Shown piece by piece: positions 29,288 to 37,709 of a stretch of 64,000 bases of DNA; position 1 is the stretch's first letter; each line of letters starts with the position of its first letter. The notes beneath the pieces are model-generated. The model worked only from the letters and a program-made list of their open reading frames with translations, made no database searches and was not told the origin of the DNA. The stretch is taken from positions 1-64,000 of IMG/VR virus record IMGVR_UViG_3300010883_027406. One strand, 5' to 3'. The translations under genes were made by a program, and so were the position numbers. This DNA is from an uncultured virus (IMG/VR IMGVR_UViG_3300010883_027406) (lineage: Duplodnaviria; Heunggongvirae; Uroviricota; Caudoviricetes).

Positions 29288-30634
29288 ATGAAACACGAAG
29301 TTTGTGGATTTGAACATTTGCATTTGCACACGGATTTCAGCCTCCTAGATGGATTTGGGAAAGTTGAAGAATATGCTGCTCGTGCCCCAGAGATAAATCA
29401 GCAATTTCTCTGCGTAACAGATCATGGGATGCTAGGGGCTGTTCCTCGCCAAATAAAATCTTGTGAAGAAAATGGCATTAAGCCCATATTTGGCTGTGAG
29501 CTTTACGTGAACCCCATGCAGCCTGAGGCAAAAGATTTGTCTGAGTTGCATGCTGTCACTTCTGAATTTGGCCCAGAGGAAAAAGAAAAGCTTAGAAAGT
29601 CTTATCATCTTTTAGCCATTGCATATAATGATGTTGGATATAGCAATTTGGTTAATCTTTGTTCATGGGCGTGGCTCAATGGGTATTATTACCGGCCCAG
29701 AGTTAATCATGAAATGCTGATGAAACATAAAGAAGGTCTTATTTTTACTTCTTGTTGTATCAACAGCGAAATCGGGCAGGCGTTTCTTAAGGAAGGGGAA
29801 GAATCTGCCTTTGCTATGGTTGAAAAATATATGGCCATGTTTGGTGAAAATTTTTATCTTGAACTTATGATGTTAGATTTTGATAAGCAAAAGCCATATG
29901 ATAAGTTTATTATAAAAGCTCATGATAAGTATGGGATTCCTATAGAACTTACTCAAGATTGTCATTATTGTTATAAAGAAGATTCACACTACCAAAGATT
30001 GACCCTGATGATACAGGGGAATAAGACAGTTGAGGATGTTCGAAAAGCAGAAGAGCAAGGGACTGCGGGAGACATGTTTGAGTTGCAAGATAAGAATCTT
30101 TGGATGAAATCTGAGGATGAGCTTAATGAAAAATGGGAAAGCGATTATTCAGATGTTATTGATTATGATTTGTTCAAACAGGCTAAAAAAACTACTGTAG
30201 ACGTTTGCAATAAAGCTAAGGGAGTTGAGTTAGATAGGTCTATTAAATTGCCGCAAATACCTGACGCAAATGAAAAGCTTATGGAAGCCATCATCGTTGG
30301 ATTTAAAAGCAGGAACCTTCCTAAGACTAATAAGTATTTAAGTCGCATTAAGGAAGAGTATGAATTAATTTCCAAAAAAGAATTTTCTAGTTATTTCCTT
30401 ATACAAAAGATGATGACGGATGAGGCCCGTAGGGTGTGCCCCAAGCTTTTGGGCTGGGGGGACGGGTCAGAGGCAGTTGGTGCAGGTAGAGGGAGTGCTG
30501 TAGGGAGTTTGATTTGTTATTGTCTTTATATAACGGACGTAGACCCAGTCCACCATGATCTTTTGTTTTCTAGATTTATGAGTGAGGCTCGTGGCGGTAA
30601 ATCTATGAAGCTTAGATTTTCTAAGGTCGGCTGA
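29288..30634 (+). CDS. dnaE: DNA polymerase III alpha, N-terminal fragment (PHP domain plus start of palm)
   Basis: HLHLHTDFSLLDG, TDHG, GCELY, YYRPR, DCHY; YL.RIKEE..LI....FSSYFL, GRGSAVGSL, DLLFSRF; stops before the PDxDxD motif. Confidence 0.92.
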   Translation: MKHEVCGFEHLHLHTDFSLLDGFGKVEEYAARAPEINQQFLCVTDHGMLGAVPRQIKSCEENGIKPIFGCELYVNPMQPEAKDLSELHAVTSEFGPEEKEKLRKSYHLLAIAYNDVGYSNLVNLCSWAWLNGYYYRPRVNHEMLMKHKEGLIFTSCCINSEIGQAFLKEGEESAFAMVEKYMAMFGENFYLELMMLDFDKQKPYDKFIIKAHDKYGIPIELTQDCHYCYKEDSHYQRLTLMIQGNKTVEDVRKAEEQGTAGDMFELQDKNLWMKSEDELNEKWESDYSDVIDYDLFKQAKKTTVDVCNKAKGVELDRSIKLPQIPDANEKLMEAIIVGFKSRNLPKTNKYLSRIKEEYELISKKEFSSYFLIQKMMTDEARRVCPKLLGWGDGSEAVGAGRGSAVGSLICYCLYITDVDPVHHDLLFSRFMSEARGGKSMKLRFSKVG

Positions 30635-31125
30635 TGAAAATAGTGCTAACAGGCGGTACTTTTTGCAAATCATATTGCCCTCATCAAGGCTCCATGATAT
30701 TTGATCGTGACAAGGCTCTGGCTGCATTTTATGATATTGTCAAATTTGTTAGATTCATTAATAAACCAAAAATTGCTGTATGGGATTTAGTAGATTCTCG
30801 TGAAATGCAGACTTCTGATCGAGAAGATCTTTATTGTTTTTGTGAATCATTGGATGATGATAAAATTGTTATTGTTCACGGCACAGATATGATGCAATAC
30901 ACGCTGGAACATTTCTCCCAGAAGAAAGATCTGTCAAAAACATTTGTTTTTACAGGATCTTGGGTTCCTTGGGCACATGACAAATCAGATGCAGTGTTTA
31001 ATTTGGGCTATGCGATGGCTTGTGCTGATTATAAGAAAAAGGGCGCATACATAGCTATGAATGGACATTGTTTTGCTGATGATGTTAAGAAAAATTGGAA
31101 AGCACTAAAGTATTATAAGGATTGA
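30634..31125 (+). CDS. short asparaginase-like protein (N-terminal domain only)
   Basis: LTGGT, HGTD, VFTGS, SDAVFNL, YIAMNG. Confidence 0.8.
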   Translation: MKIVLTGGTFCKSYCPHQGSMIFDRDKALAAFYDIVKFVRFINKPKIAVWDLVDSREMQTSDREDLYCFCESLDDDKIVIVHGTDMMQYTLEHFSQKKDLSKTFVFTGSWVPWAHDKSDAVFNLGYAMACADYKKKGAYIAMNGHCFADDVKKNWKALKYYKD

Positions 31126-31129
31126 AGTT

Positions 31130-31321
31130 ATGAAAATAACAATAGAATCTCGTGGAGAGTTGCCCAATAACTGTAAGGGTTGGGTTGTTAAGATAGAAGA
31201 TGGAGAATATGTGCAAGAGACGGCGTTTTCTTTGTTTGAAGAAGTATCTGCTTTTCTTGAAGATGGTTTTTGCGTGGACGACCCTGATCGATGGATGGAA
31301 GGTTTGGCCGGTAAGCCTTAA
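31130..31321 (+). CDS. hypothetical protein
   Basis: 63 aa; AGGA RBS. Confidence 0.55.
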   Translation: MKITIESRGELPNNCKGWVVKIEDGEYVQETAFSLFEEVSAFLEDGFCVDDPDRWMEGLAGKP

Positions 31322-31465
31322 TTAATTATCTTCTTTTTTAAAAGAGACTGACTCAAGCCTCTGTTTCTCGGCGTTCCATTTACACTCGTAGATCTTTTGG
31401 GGCTTGCGCCCTCCTTCCTCTTCAATCTTATCTTTTTCTTTTTTAAATGATAATATTTTAGTCAT
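31322..31465 (-). CDS. 47-aa hypothetical protein MTKILSFKKEKDKIEE... (absent from the ORF track)
   Basis: Translated by hand; overlaps the upstream stop and exactly fills the gap. Confidence 0.45.
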   Translation of the reverse strand: MTKILSFKKEKDKIEEEGGRKPQKIYECKWNAEKQRLESVSFKKEDN

Positions 31466-32648
31466 CAGATTTTTTAGATTTCTTCCATTCTTCATGAGTT
31501 TTGTTTTTGTGAACTGAATTGCAAGATTTGAAAGGGTGATCCTTCATCATGTCAAATTTGGACTTTCCCTTATCCTTGGATTCTTCCTTATCATCCTTGG
31601 ATTCTTCCTTATCATCATCCTTGGATTCTTCCTTATCAGATTTTTTAGATTTTTTCCATTCTTCATGAGTTTTGCCAGGATGAGCTTTCTTGCATGATTT
31701 GCCAGGATGATCCTGCATCATTTTAAAAGCATCTTTTGATTCAACGTATTTTCCGAATGCGCTTTCGTCCACGCCAGCATCCCAACTGCCAGCTTTTTGT
31801 TCGTCTTCATGATCATGATCATGATCATAATCATCATCGTGTCGGTGCCATCGTGGTGAACCAGACCCTTGATCAATGTCATGTTTTTTTAACATTTCTA
31901 CTATTTTGGGGAAATGTTCATCTAAAAGCTCTTCAATATCTTCTCTTTCTACTTCAAGGTCGGATGCAACTTGATGAAGTATTTCTTTTGATGATTTGTG
32001 TTTGTATTCTGGGCTGTGCATAATTGACATTATTTTAGCATTCACCATGTCCCCGAATTTAGGATCGGCAGAATGACCGTGTCCTACTGATTTTTGCTCG
32101 ATGGCAAACATGCCTTTAGCGTGTTTTGAGTTGACCAGAGGAGCGTCCATGTCGTCTAGACCTGCATCTTTGTACATTTGAATGATTTGATCTGCGGTTG
32201 CCTTATCAACTTCTGAACCTTTGGGATGTTTGGCGTATATTTGTTTATCTAGCTGATTGCTGTCGTGCAACCCTTTCTCATTCTGTTGGCGTTGCGTCCT
32301 GATCAACGTCCTACCACTTCCGTCCGGGGCGGGGTTTTTTCCGCCCTGCGAAAGTTGAGCAAAATAATTATCAGTGGAACCAAGCGATTTCGCCTGCTCG
32401 TCTAAGACATCAACTATTTTTTTTTTGGAGGAAGGAACTTCAGTATCGGGTTCCCAAACCATGTTTTTATCGCCAACGTCGCCTAAACCTTGATCACCTT
32501 TAACTTTAATTCCTTTGCCCACATAGGGAGCCTTGTGGCCTTTAGGAGCCTTTGGAATGCTGTCGTGGTAGTCTGCCTTTAGTTCTTCTCTAGGTTTGAC
32601 TAGTTTGCCTTTTTTATTAACGTATTCTTTGAATGATTTAAATTTCAT
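31458..32648 (-). CDS. charged low-complexity protein with MKFKSFKEY leader (candidate internal head protein)
   Basis: Start set at 32648 (overlap with pspC stop, AGGA RBS); His/Asp tract; duplicated HPxKSCxxxHxxKTHEEWKK; DKEESKD repeats. Confidence 0.7.
   Translation of the reverse strand: MKFKSFKEYVNKKGKLVKPREELKADYHDSIPKAPKGHKAPYVGKGIKVKGDQGLGDVGDKNMVWEPDTEVPSSKKKIVDVLDEQAKSLGSTDNYFAQLSQGGKNPAPDGSGRTLIRTQRQQNEKGLHDSNQLDKQIYAKHPKGSEVDKATADQIIQMYKDAGLDDMDAPLVNSKHAKGMFAIEQKSVGHGHSADPKFGDMVNAKIMSIMHSPEYKHKSSKEILHQVASDLEVEREDIEELLDEHFPKIVEMLKKHDIDQGSGSPRWHRHDDDYDHDHDHEDEQKAGSWDAGVDESAFGKYVESKDAFKMMQDHPGKSCKKAHPGKTHEEWKKSKKSDKEESKDDDKEESKDDKEESKDKGKSKFDMMKDHPFKSCNSVHKNKTHEEWKKSKKSDD
31569..31638 (-). 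repeat. ~21-24 nt coding tandem repeat (DKEESKD) x3
   Basis: atccttggattcttccttatc repeated three times. Confidence 0.85.
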
Positions 32649-32827
32649 AGTTCTTCCTCTTTGGGCATTAGTAACCAAAGTAATAAGTAGATAATTGGCC
32701 CGACGCCAAAAGCCAAAAAACCTACAACAAATACAAGCCTCATTATTATAGGGTCAATTTCTAAGGATTTTGCTAGTCCTGAGCATATCCCTGCGATTAC
32801 TTTATTGTTTGAATCTCTCTTAACCAT
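32645..32827 (-). CDS. pspC: PspC-domain membrane protein
   Basis: KR....KVIAGICSGLA....DP...RL.F......G...YLLLWLLMP. Confidence 0.9.
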   Translation of the reverse strand: MVKRDSNNKVIAGICSGLAKSLEIDPIIMRLVFVVGFLAFGVGPIIYLLLWLLMPKEEEL

Positions 32828-32887
32828 ATTGGCCCTTTCGTATATACTATTTATGTATTAATTTCTTATTTTAAACTAAATATACAC

Positions 32888-33070
32888 ATGAAAAACATAG
32901 AAGGTTTAGACCTTAAAAAGGCTGAGACATTATTAGAAAAAGAAAACAAGGTTATTCGTGTAGCTAAGTTGGATGGCGAACCGCTCATTTTGACTTGTGA
33001 CTATATGCTTGGCAGAGTTAATGTTGAAGTTGAAAACGATAAGGTTGTTTCCATAATTGGAGAATTTTAG
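32888..33070 (+). CDS. peptidase inhibitor I78/potato-inhibitor-like small protein
   Basis: GL....AE......RV....G....TCDY..GRVNVEV....V....G. Confidence 0.6.
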   Translation: MKNIEGLDLKKAETLLEKENKVIRVAKLDGEPLILTCDYMLGRVNVEVENDKVVSIIGEF

Positions 33071-33098
33071 TTTACAATTTTCTTTTTTGAAGTATAAT
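33071..33098 (+). promoter_or_regulatory. sigma70-like promoter of tmRNA
   Basis: TTTACA-N16-TATAAT ending 13 nt before the tmRNA 5' end. Confidence 0.6.
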
Positions 33099-33111
33099 TA
33101 TAATAGACTTA

Positions 33112-33467
33112 GGGCTGGAAATGGTATCGATTGGCTGTTGAGTTCTTGAGTTGCCTGTAGGAGTTGATCGGAAGGCTCCTTAAAAATCCGATTAAAAATT
33201 TAGTTGACAAAACTAATTTCGCTATGGCTGCTTAATTATAAGCAACCCAAGTTTCAAAGGTCTGCCAGTGACGTTTGACAACTTGCCGCAATACTGGCTG
33301 CGTTCAAAACAAATCAAACTACTTTTGAACTAAGATTCGTTGTTTGATAGTTGATTTAAACCTTTGTTTGTTGTGGTTTAATGATGCGAAACTCAAACAT
33401 CAAACTATACAGGTAGACGCTTTTGAATAGGTAGTGCAAGACACGGGTTCGACTCCCGTCCGGTCCA
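33112..33467 (+). ncRNA. ssrA: transfer-messenger RNA
   Basis: 5' GGGCTGG pairs with CCGGTCC-A (G3:U wobble, Ala identity); T-arm acggg-TTCGACT-cccgt; tag ORF 33206-33235 (A)DKTNFAMAA* after aaaaatttagtt; CCA not encoded. Confidence 0.93.
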
Positions 33468-33470
33468 CTG

Positions 33471-33504
33471 AAGCTCCCCTCGCATTGCGAGGGGAGCTTT
33501 TTTT
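33471..33504 (+). terminator. Rho-independent terminator of tmRNA
   Basis: aagctcccctcgca-t-tgcgaggggagctt followed by a T-run. Confidence 0.9.
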
Positions 33505-33550
33505 GTTATGATGTTGTTTTTTCAATTTATATGCATTAAACTTGATTTTC

Positions 33551-36052
33551 ATGGATTCTAAAGAAAAATTGATTGGTTTGTGCGCTCAATTTCTTAAAAA
33601 GAAGGGGCTTGATGATGATGCGCATAAGAACAGATTAAAAGAAGAATTAAAAGAAATTGAGATTCAAAACGAATACGATTATTTTGTAGATCTTTATGAA
33701 GAAGGAATCAAAGCTAGCAATAATGAAAATAATTTGCTTATTCCTTATCTTTTGGGCATGGTAGATGAGTTTGATATAAATTCTAGTTATGGTTTTGTTT
33801 ATGGCGATTTCCCTGATGTCGATATAGATTATCTTCCCACGGTGCGAGATTATTTAAAAAATGAATGGGCACCGAAGTTTTTTGGAGAAGACAAGGTTTG
33901 TAATATTGGAAATTATACTACTTTTGGAATTAAGAGTGCTTTAATTGACATGGTTCGGGTGCATTGTGGCAACAGGGAAGAGATGCTTAATATGACAACC
34001 CAGCTTGGGATTAAGGATAGTGCTGGTAATAATTTAACTTGGGAAAAAGCTTTAGAGGAAAATCCATTATTATTTAAATATTGTGAAGAGAATCCTGATA
34101 TATCAATTGCCGCACAAAAAATGATTGGAAGAAATCGTGGCATGGGGATGCATGCTGGTGGTTTAATCGTGTCTAGTTCTCGGATTGACAATCTTGTCCC
34201 TCTTGTTAGGGGAAAAGATAAAACTCAAGTTTCTGCGTGGGTAGAGGGGTTGAGCGGTCAGGACTTACAGCCTGTTGGGTTGGTGAAGTTTGATCTTTTG
34301 GTTATTACAAATAACCTTCAGGTGGCCAAGTGTTGTAAACTAATTAAAGAGCGACACGGTGTTGAACATATTAATGCCCTGCCAGGTCAGTCAGATTGGT
34401 CTGATATAGCTTATTTGAATGATCCCAAAGCGTTGGAAATGGCTAATCGTGGAGATCTTAAATGTGTTTTTCAATTTGATAGTGATGGAATTCGTCAACT
34501 TGCAAAAATGGGAGGCGTAACATCATTTGATGATTTGGTTGCTTATACTTCTCTCTATCGACCTGGCCCGTTGCAAGAGAAAATGCATGACACTTATACG
34601 AATAGGAAAAGAGGAATAGAAGAATATGAAATGAATCCTTTGATAGAGCCTGTTTTGGGTGTTACTTATGGCGTAATGGTCTATCAGGAACAGATAATGC
34701 AGATGTTAAATGTGGTGGGAAATATTCCGCTTAGAGATTGTGAGATTGTTAGGAAGGCAATCTCTAAGAAGCAAGTAGAAAAATTTACTAAATATAAGGA
34801 AATGTTTGTTGAGAATGGGCAATTTAATTTAGATGAATCTAAAGAGAATGTAGAAGAGTTGTGGAAGCAAATAGAAGCATTTGCTGGTTATGGTTTTAAT
34901 AAAAGCCATGCTTGTGCTTATACTTATTTGTCATCTCGTTTGTTGTGGTTAAAGGCTCATTACCCGATTGAGTTTTTTGCGTCTATTTTAAGCTGTGAGG
35001 GAAATTCGGATAAAATTAGAGAATATAAAATTGAATCATCGCAACATGGTGTAGAGGTTTGTCCTTTGGACATTAATAAGTCTAATGTTGAGTTTAGTAT
35101 AGTTGATGATAAGATATTTTTTGGGATATCAAATATAAAAGGAATTGGAGAAGTTCCCGCTGCGAAAATTGCTTCCGGTGGGCCTTATAATTCGTTTAAG
35201 GAATTTCTTAATTCCTTTGGCACGGATGCGAATGTGATAAAGCCGTTTGTGTGTTTGAAAGTTTTTGAAGATGCCGAACCAGTTAAGCTTTATAAGTACT
35301 ATGAGTTTTATAAGTCCCAAAGAAAGAAGATAGAGGACCGTAGGAAAAGATTTCAAAAGTCAATGGAAAAGTATCAAGAAAAATTGCGGGATCTTTTGCC
35401 GGGTTTAGAAGAATTTGCTGTTTTCGATGACAGGTATTTTGATAAGTGGGAGGAAAAGTTTAATGTTGATCGTTGGAAGGAATTGGACAAATTAAGAAAA
35501 AGACGTAATCGTTCTATTGTAAATTTCAATGAAAAGGAAAAGCTGGGATCAGATATTGTGGATGTTTCTGAGTTTGAAGATGAGGGATATGAAATATATG
35601 ATGATGATCTTTTGGAATTGTTAAATAATGAACAGTTGGCTGAGTATAAGTTTTATGGATTTGGCTGGATTCATCCTTTGCAAAATAGTCCTGATTTTGA
35701 TGGCAACAAAACGTTTGATCATTTTAGAGCGGAACATAATGTTTCTACTTGGGGCGTGGAAGTTGTAGTTGTTAAAGTAGAGCAAAAACTTTCAAAGAAT
35801 AAAAAAACCAAGTATTGGTTGATAGAGGTAGAAGATGCAAATTGGGAAAGGAATAGGGTGATTTTTTGGTCGGATGATTGGGTTCGTTGGAAGGAGGATG
35901 TGCAGGTGGGGAATATTTTAAAAATGAGAATGTCAAAACCTGATCCTCCTTTTAAGAGCTACAAGTTTGACTCTCAGCCGAGACATAAAAGGCATTTAAT
36001 TCCTAAAGAAAAATCTAATGACTTTAGAATACTAATGATGAACAAAGGATAA
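33551..36052 (+). CDS. dnaE: DNA polymerase III alpha, C-terminal fragment (catalytic palm, fingers, HhH, OB-like)
   Basis: PDVDIDY, GMHAGG, GLVKFDLL, VFQFDS, LYRPGP, YQEQIM, FAGYGFNKSHA.AY, WLKAHYP.EF, IKGIGE. Confidence 0.93.
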   Translation: MDSKEKLIGLCAQFLKKKGLDDDAHKNRLKEELKEIEIQNEYDYFVDLYEEGIKASNNENNLLIPYLLGMVDEFDINSSYGFVYGDFPDVDIDYLPTVRDYLKNEWAPKFFGEDKVCNIGNYTTFGIKSALIDMVRVHCGNREEMLNMTTQLGIKDSAGNNLTWEKALEENPLLFKYCEENPDISIAAQKMIGRNRGMGMHAGGLIVSSSRIDNLVPLVRGKDKTQVSAWVEGLSGQDLQPVGLVKFDLLVITNNLQVAKCCKLIKERHGVEHINALPGQSDWSDIAYLNDPKALEMANRGDLKCVFQFDSDGIRQLAKMGGVTSFDDLVAYTSLYRPGPLQEKMHDTYTNRKRGIEEYEMNPLIEPVLGVTYGVMVYQEQIMQMLNVVGNIPLRDCEIVRKAISKKQVEKFTKYKEMFVENGQFNLDESKENVEELWKQIEAFAGYGFNKSHACAYTYLSSRLLWLKAHYPIEFFASILSCEGNSDKIREYKIESSQHGVEVCPLDINKSNVEFSIVDDKIFFGISNIKGIGEVPAAKIASGGPYNSFKEFLNSFGTDANVIKPFVCLKVFEDAEPVKLYKYYEFYKSQRKKIEDRRKRFQKSMEKYQEKLRDLLPGLEEFAVFDDRYFDKWEEKFNVDRWKELDKLRKRRNRSIVNFNEKEKLGSDIVDVSEFEDEGYEIYDDDLLELLNNEQLAEYKFYGFGWIHPLQNSPDFDGNKTFDHFRAEHNVSTWGVEVVVVKVEQKLSKNKKTKYWLIEVEDANWERNRVIFWSDDWVRWKEDVQVGNILKMRMSKPDPPFKSYKFDSQPRHKRHLIPKEKSNDFRILMMNKG

Positions 36053-36099
36053 ATGTAAACTATATTATAAAGTGATCAATACTTATTGAGGTTTAACTT

Positions 36100-36636
36100 A
36101 TGATTGATAATGAAACAAAAGAAGAAATTGAAATAACAGAGGATAATTTTGAGGAGTATTTTTTTGATGTTCGAAAGCATGATCCTGAACGTGGTCAAAT
36201 TCTAGCTAGGTATATGACCAAAGCTGAATTTATAGATGGTTTCATGAAAAGAAACGTGATTTCGCTTCTTACGACACATAAAAATGCTGGTAATACTGCG
36301 CCTCAGGTCATGAGGAAGTTAGGACTTGCTCAAGAAGAGGACTCTATTAGTATATGTCGAGAAATAGCGGAGGATTTAATGAGTGGGATGTCTGAAGATG
36401 AGGTGGCTGAGAAGGCATACCCCTTTACGTTGGAATGTTTTTTTTATGCGGAAAAAGAGAATGTGCCCACAGATGATCCTCATTGGGACATTGTTTCTAT
36501 AAATAATTTGGATGAATTTTTGGAAGAAAATGAAGTTGAATCTAGCGAAATTGTGGACGATGTGGAAATTAGAACTAAGATAGTTTTTTCAGAAGATGAG
36601 GAAAAAGATAATATCGAGGATGATTCTGATAAGTAG
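36100..36636 (+). CDS. acidic hypothetical protein
   Basis: 178 aa; GAGG RBS. Confidence 0.7.
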   Translation: MIDNETKEEIEITEDNFEEYFFDVRKHDPERGQILARYMTKAEFIDGFMKRNVISLLTTHKNAGNTAPQVMRKLGLAQEEDSISICREIAEDLMSGMSEDEVAEKAYPFTLECFFYAEKENVPTDDPHWDIVSINNLDEFLEENEVESSEIVDDVEIRTKIVFSEDEEKDNIEDDSDK

Positions 36637-36719
36637 TTGTAGGAATACTATAAACAAAAAATAAGGAAACTGTTGCTTGTGCCTTTGGTAAAAATGGTCT
36701 GACAACAATATATAATTAC

Positions 36720-37322
36720 ATGAGTAATGAAAATGAAAACAACCATACGTTCGGCCACGCAGTTGGCAAATCCTTGTCCGATGAGAATTTTGGAAAGTGG
36801 TGTGACCAATGGGACAAAGCGTTAGACGATGGCTTGTTTGATGATGCTCCTAATCCCAACACTCCGTCATCTCCTCCTGATTTAAGTAGTTATGATGCTG
36901 AATCGCTGCCGGATAATAGCAAACCTGCTGATGGAGTGCTGAACGAGTCTGATGCCGAGTATTGGAAGTCAGTTTATAATCTTTCATCCAATCAAGGTGA
37001 TGCACCTGATGTGATTAAAGAAGCTTCTCCCAATGCCAAGGACTTGGGCAAAAGAGCCATGGTTGTGGCTAATGAGCCTAATCCTGTTAGAATTAATACT
37101 GTTGGTAAGGATCAAAATGCTCGTTCTGATTCATCCACATCAGACGCATTCCATAAATTAAGTGAACTTAAAAAGGAACTGCATTCAATTGGCGATCAAC
37201 TTGCTGAGATGGGAGATTCTAATTTGGATGTAATTTATTCAAAAATTGATAAGATTCAAAGCAAGATTGATGAGTTGAGTGATTCACTTGTTCCAAATTA
37301 TGTTTCTGATTCTGAGTCTTAA
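36720..37322 (+). CDS. hypothetical protein with C-terminal coiled coil
   Basis: 200 aa; ATATATAA-N4-ATG. Confidence 0.7.
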   Translation: MSNENENNHTFGHAVGKSLSDENFGKWCDQWDKALDDGLFDDAPNPNTPSSPPDLSSYDAESLPDNSKPADGVLNESDAEYWKSVYNLSSNQGDAPDVIKEASPNAKDLGKRAMVVANEPNPVRINTVGKDQNARSDSSTSDAFHKLSELKKELHSIGDQLAEMGDSNLDVIYSKIDKIQSKIDELSDSLVPNYVSDSES

Positions 37323-37325
37323 ATT

Positions 37326-37709
37326 ATGAGCCGTAGATTTTTTTTGATAATTGCCAATTTGCTATTGGCAATTTTTTTTATATTCGCTATTAATAATAGG
37401 TCTGAGGATCTAATTGTTAGCCCTTCTATACCTGAACATTATCCGATTTCTAGAATCAGGGTTATACAAGGTCACGATTTTGATATAACTTTAAAAAATG
37501 GCGATAGGATCAGGGCCAATCTTCGTTATGCTACTGCTCCTGAGGCACAGCAAGAGGTGGTGGCATTTTTCAATAGTTCGTTAAATCCTAATGTTGTTTT
37601 GTATGAAAAATTAGATCATATATGGATTGTAGATATTAAAGCTGTACATAGTGGTAAGGAAATGGAACTGTTAGAATGGCTCAGAGCAAAAAACTTAGTG
37701 TGGGACTGA
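37326..37709 (+). CDS. membrane-anchored thermonuclease (SNase)-like protein, degenerate
   Basis: N-terminal TM; RVIQGHDF, IRA.L...APE, L.EWL...NL. Confidence 0.45.
   Translation: MSRRFFLIIANLLLAIFFIFAINNRSEDLIVSPSIPEHYPISRIRVIQGHDFDITLKNGDRIRANLRYATAPEAQQEVVAFFNSSLNPNVVLYEKLDHIWIVDIKAVHSGKEMELLEWLRAKNLVWD

Noticed and set aside
33443-33467. Stand-alone tRNA or integration (att) site
   Set aside because: The T-arm belongs to the tmRNA (no anticodon arm). No integrase or duplicated 3' end was seen in the window.
33112-33551. tmRNA trans-translation fusing DnaE-N to DnaE-C
   Set aside because: The tag ORF has its own TAA, the tmRNA has a strong terminator, and gene 1 ends in a normal stop codon.
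30560-33830. Split intein or intron joining the two dnaE halves
   Set aside because: No Cys/Ser-initiated intein N-block at the end of gene 1, no HN-C/S/T junction in gene 2, and no intron-like structure or maturase. The gap contains ordinary genes on both strands.
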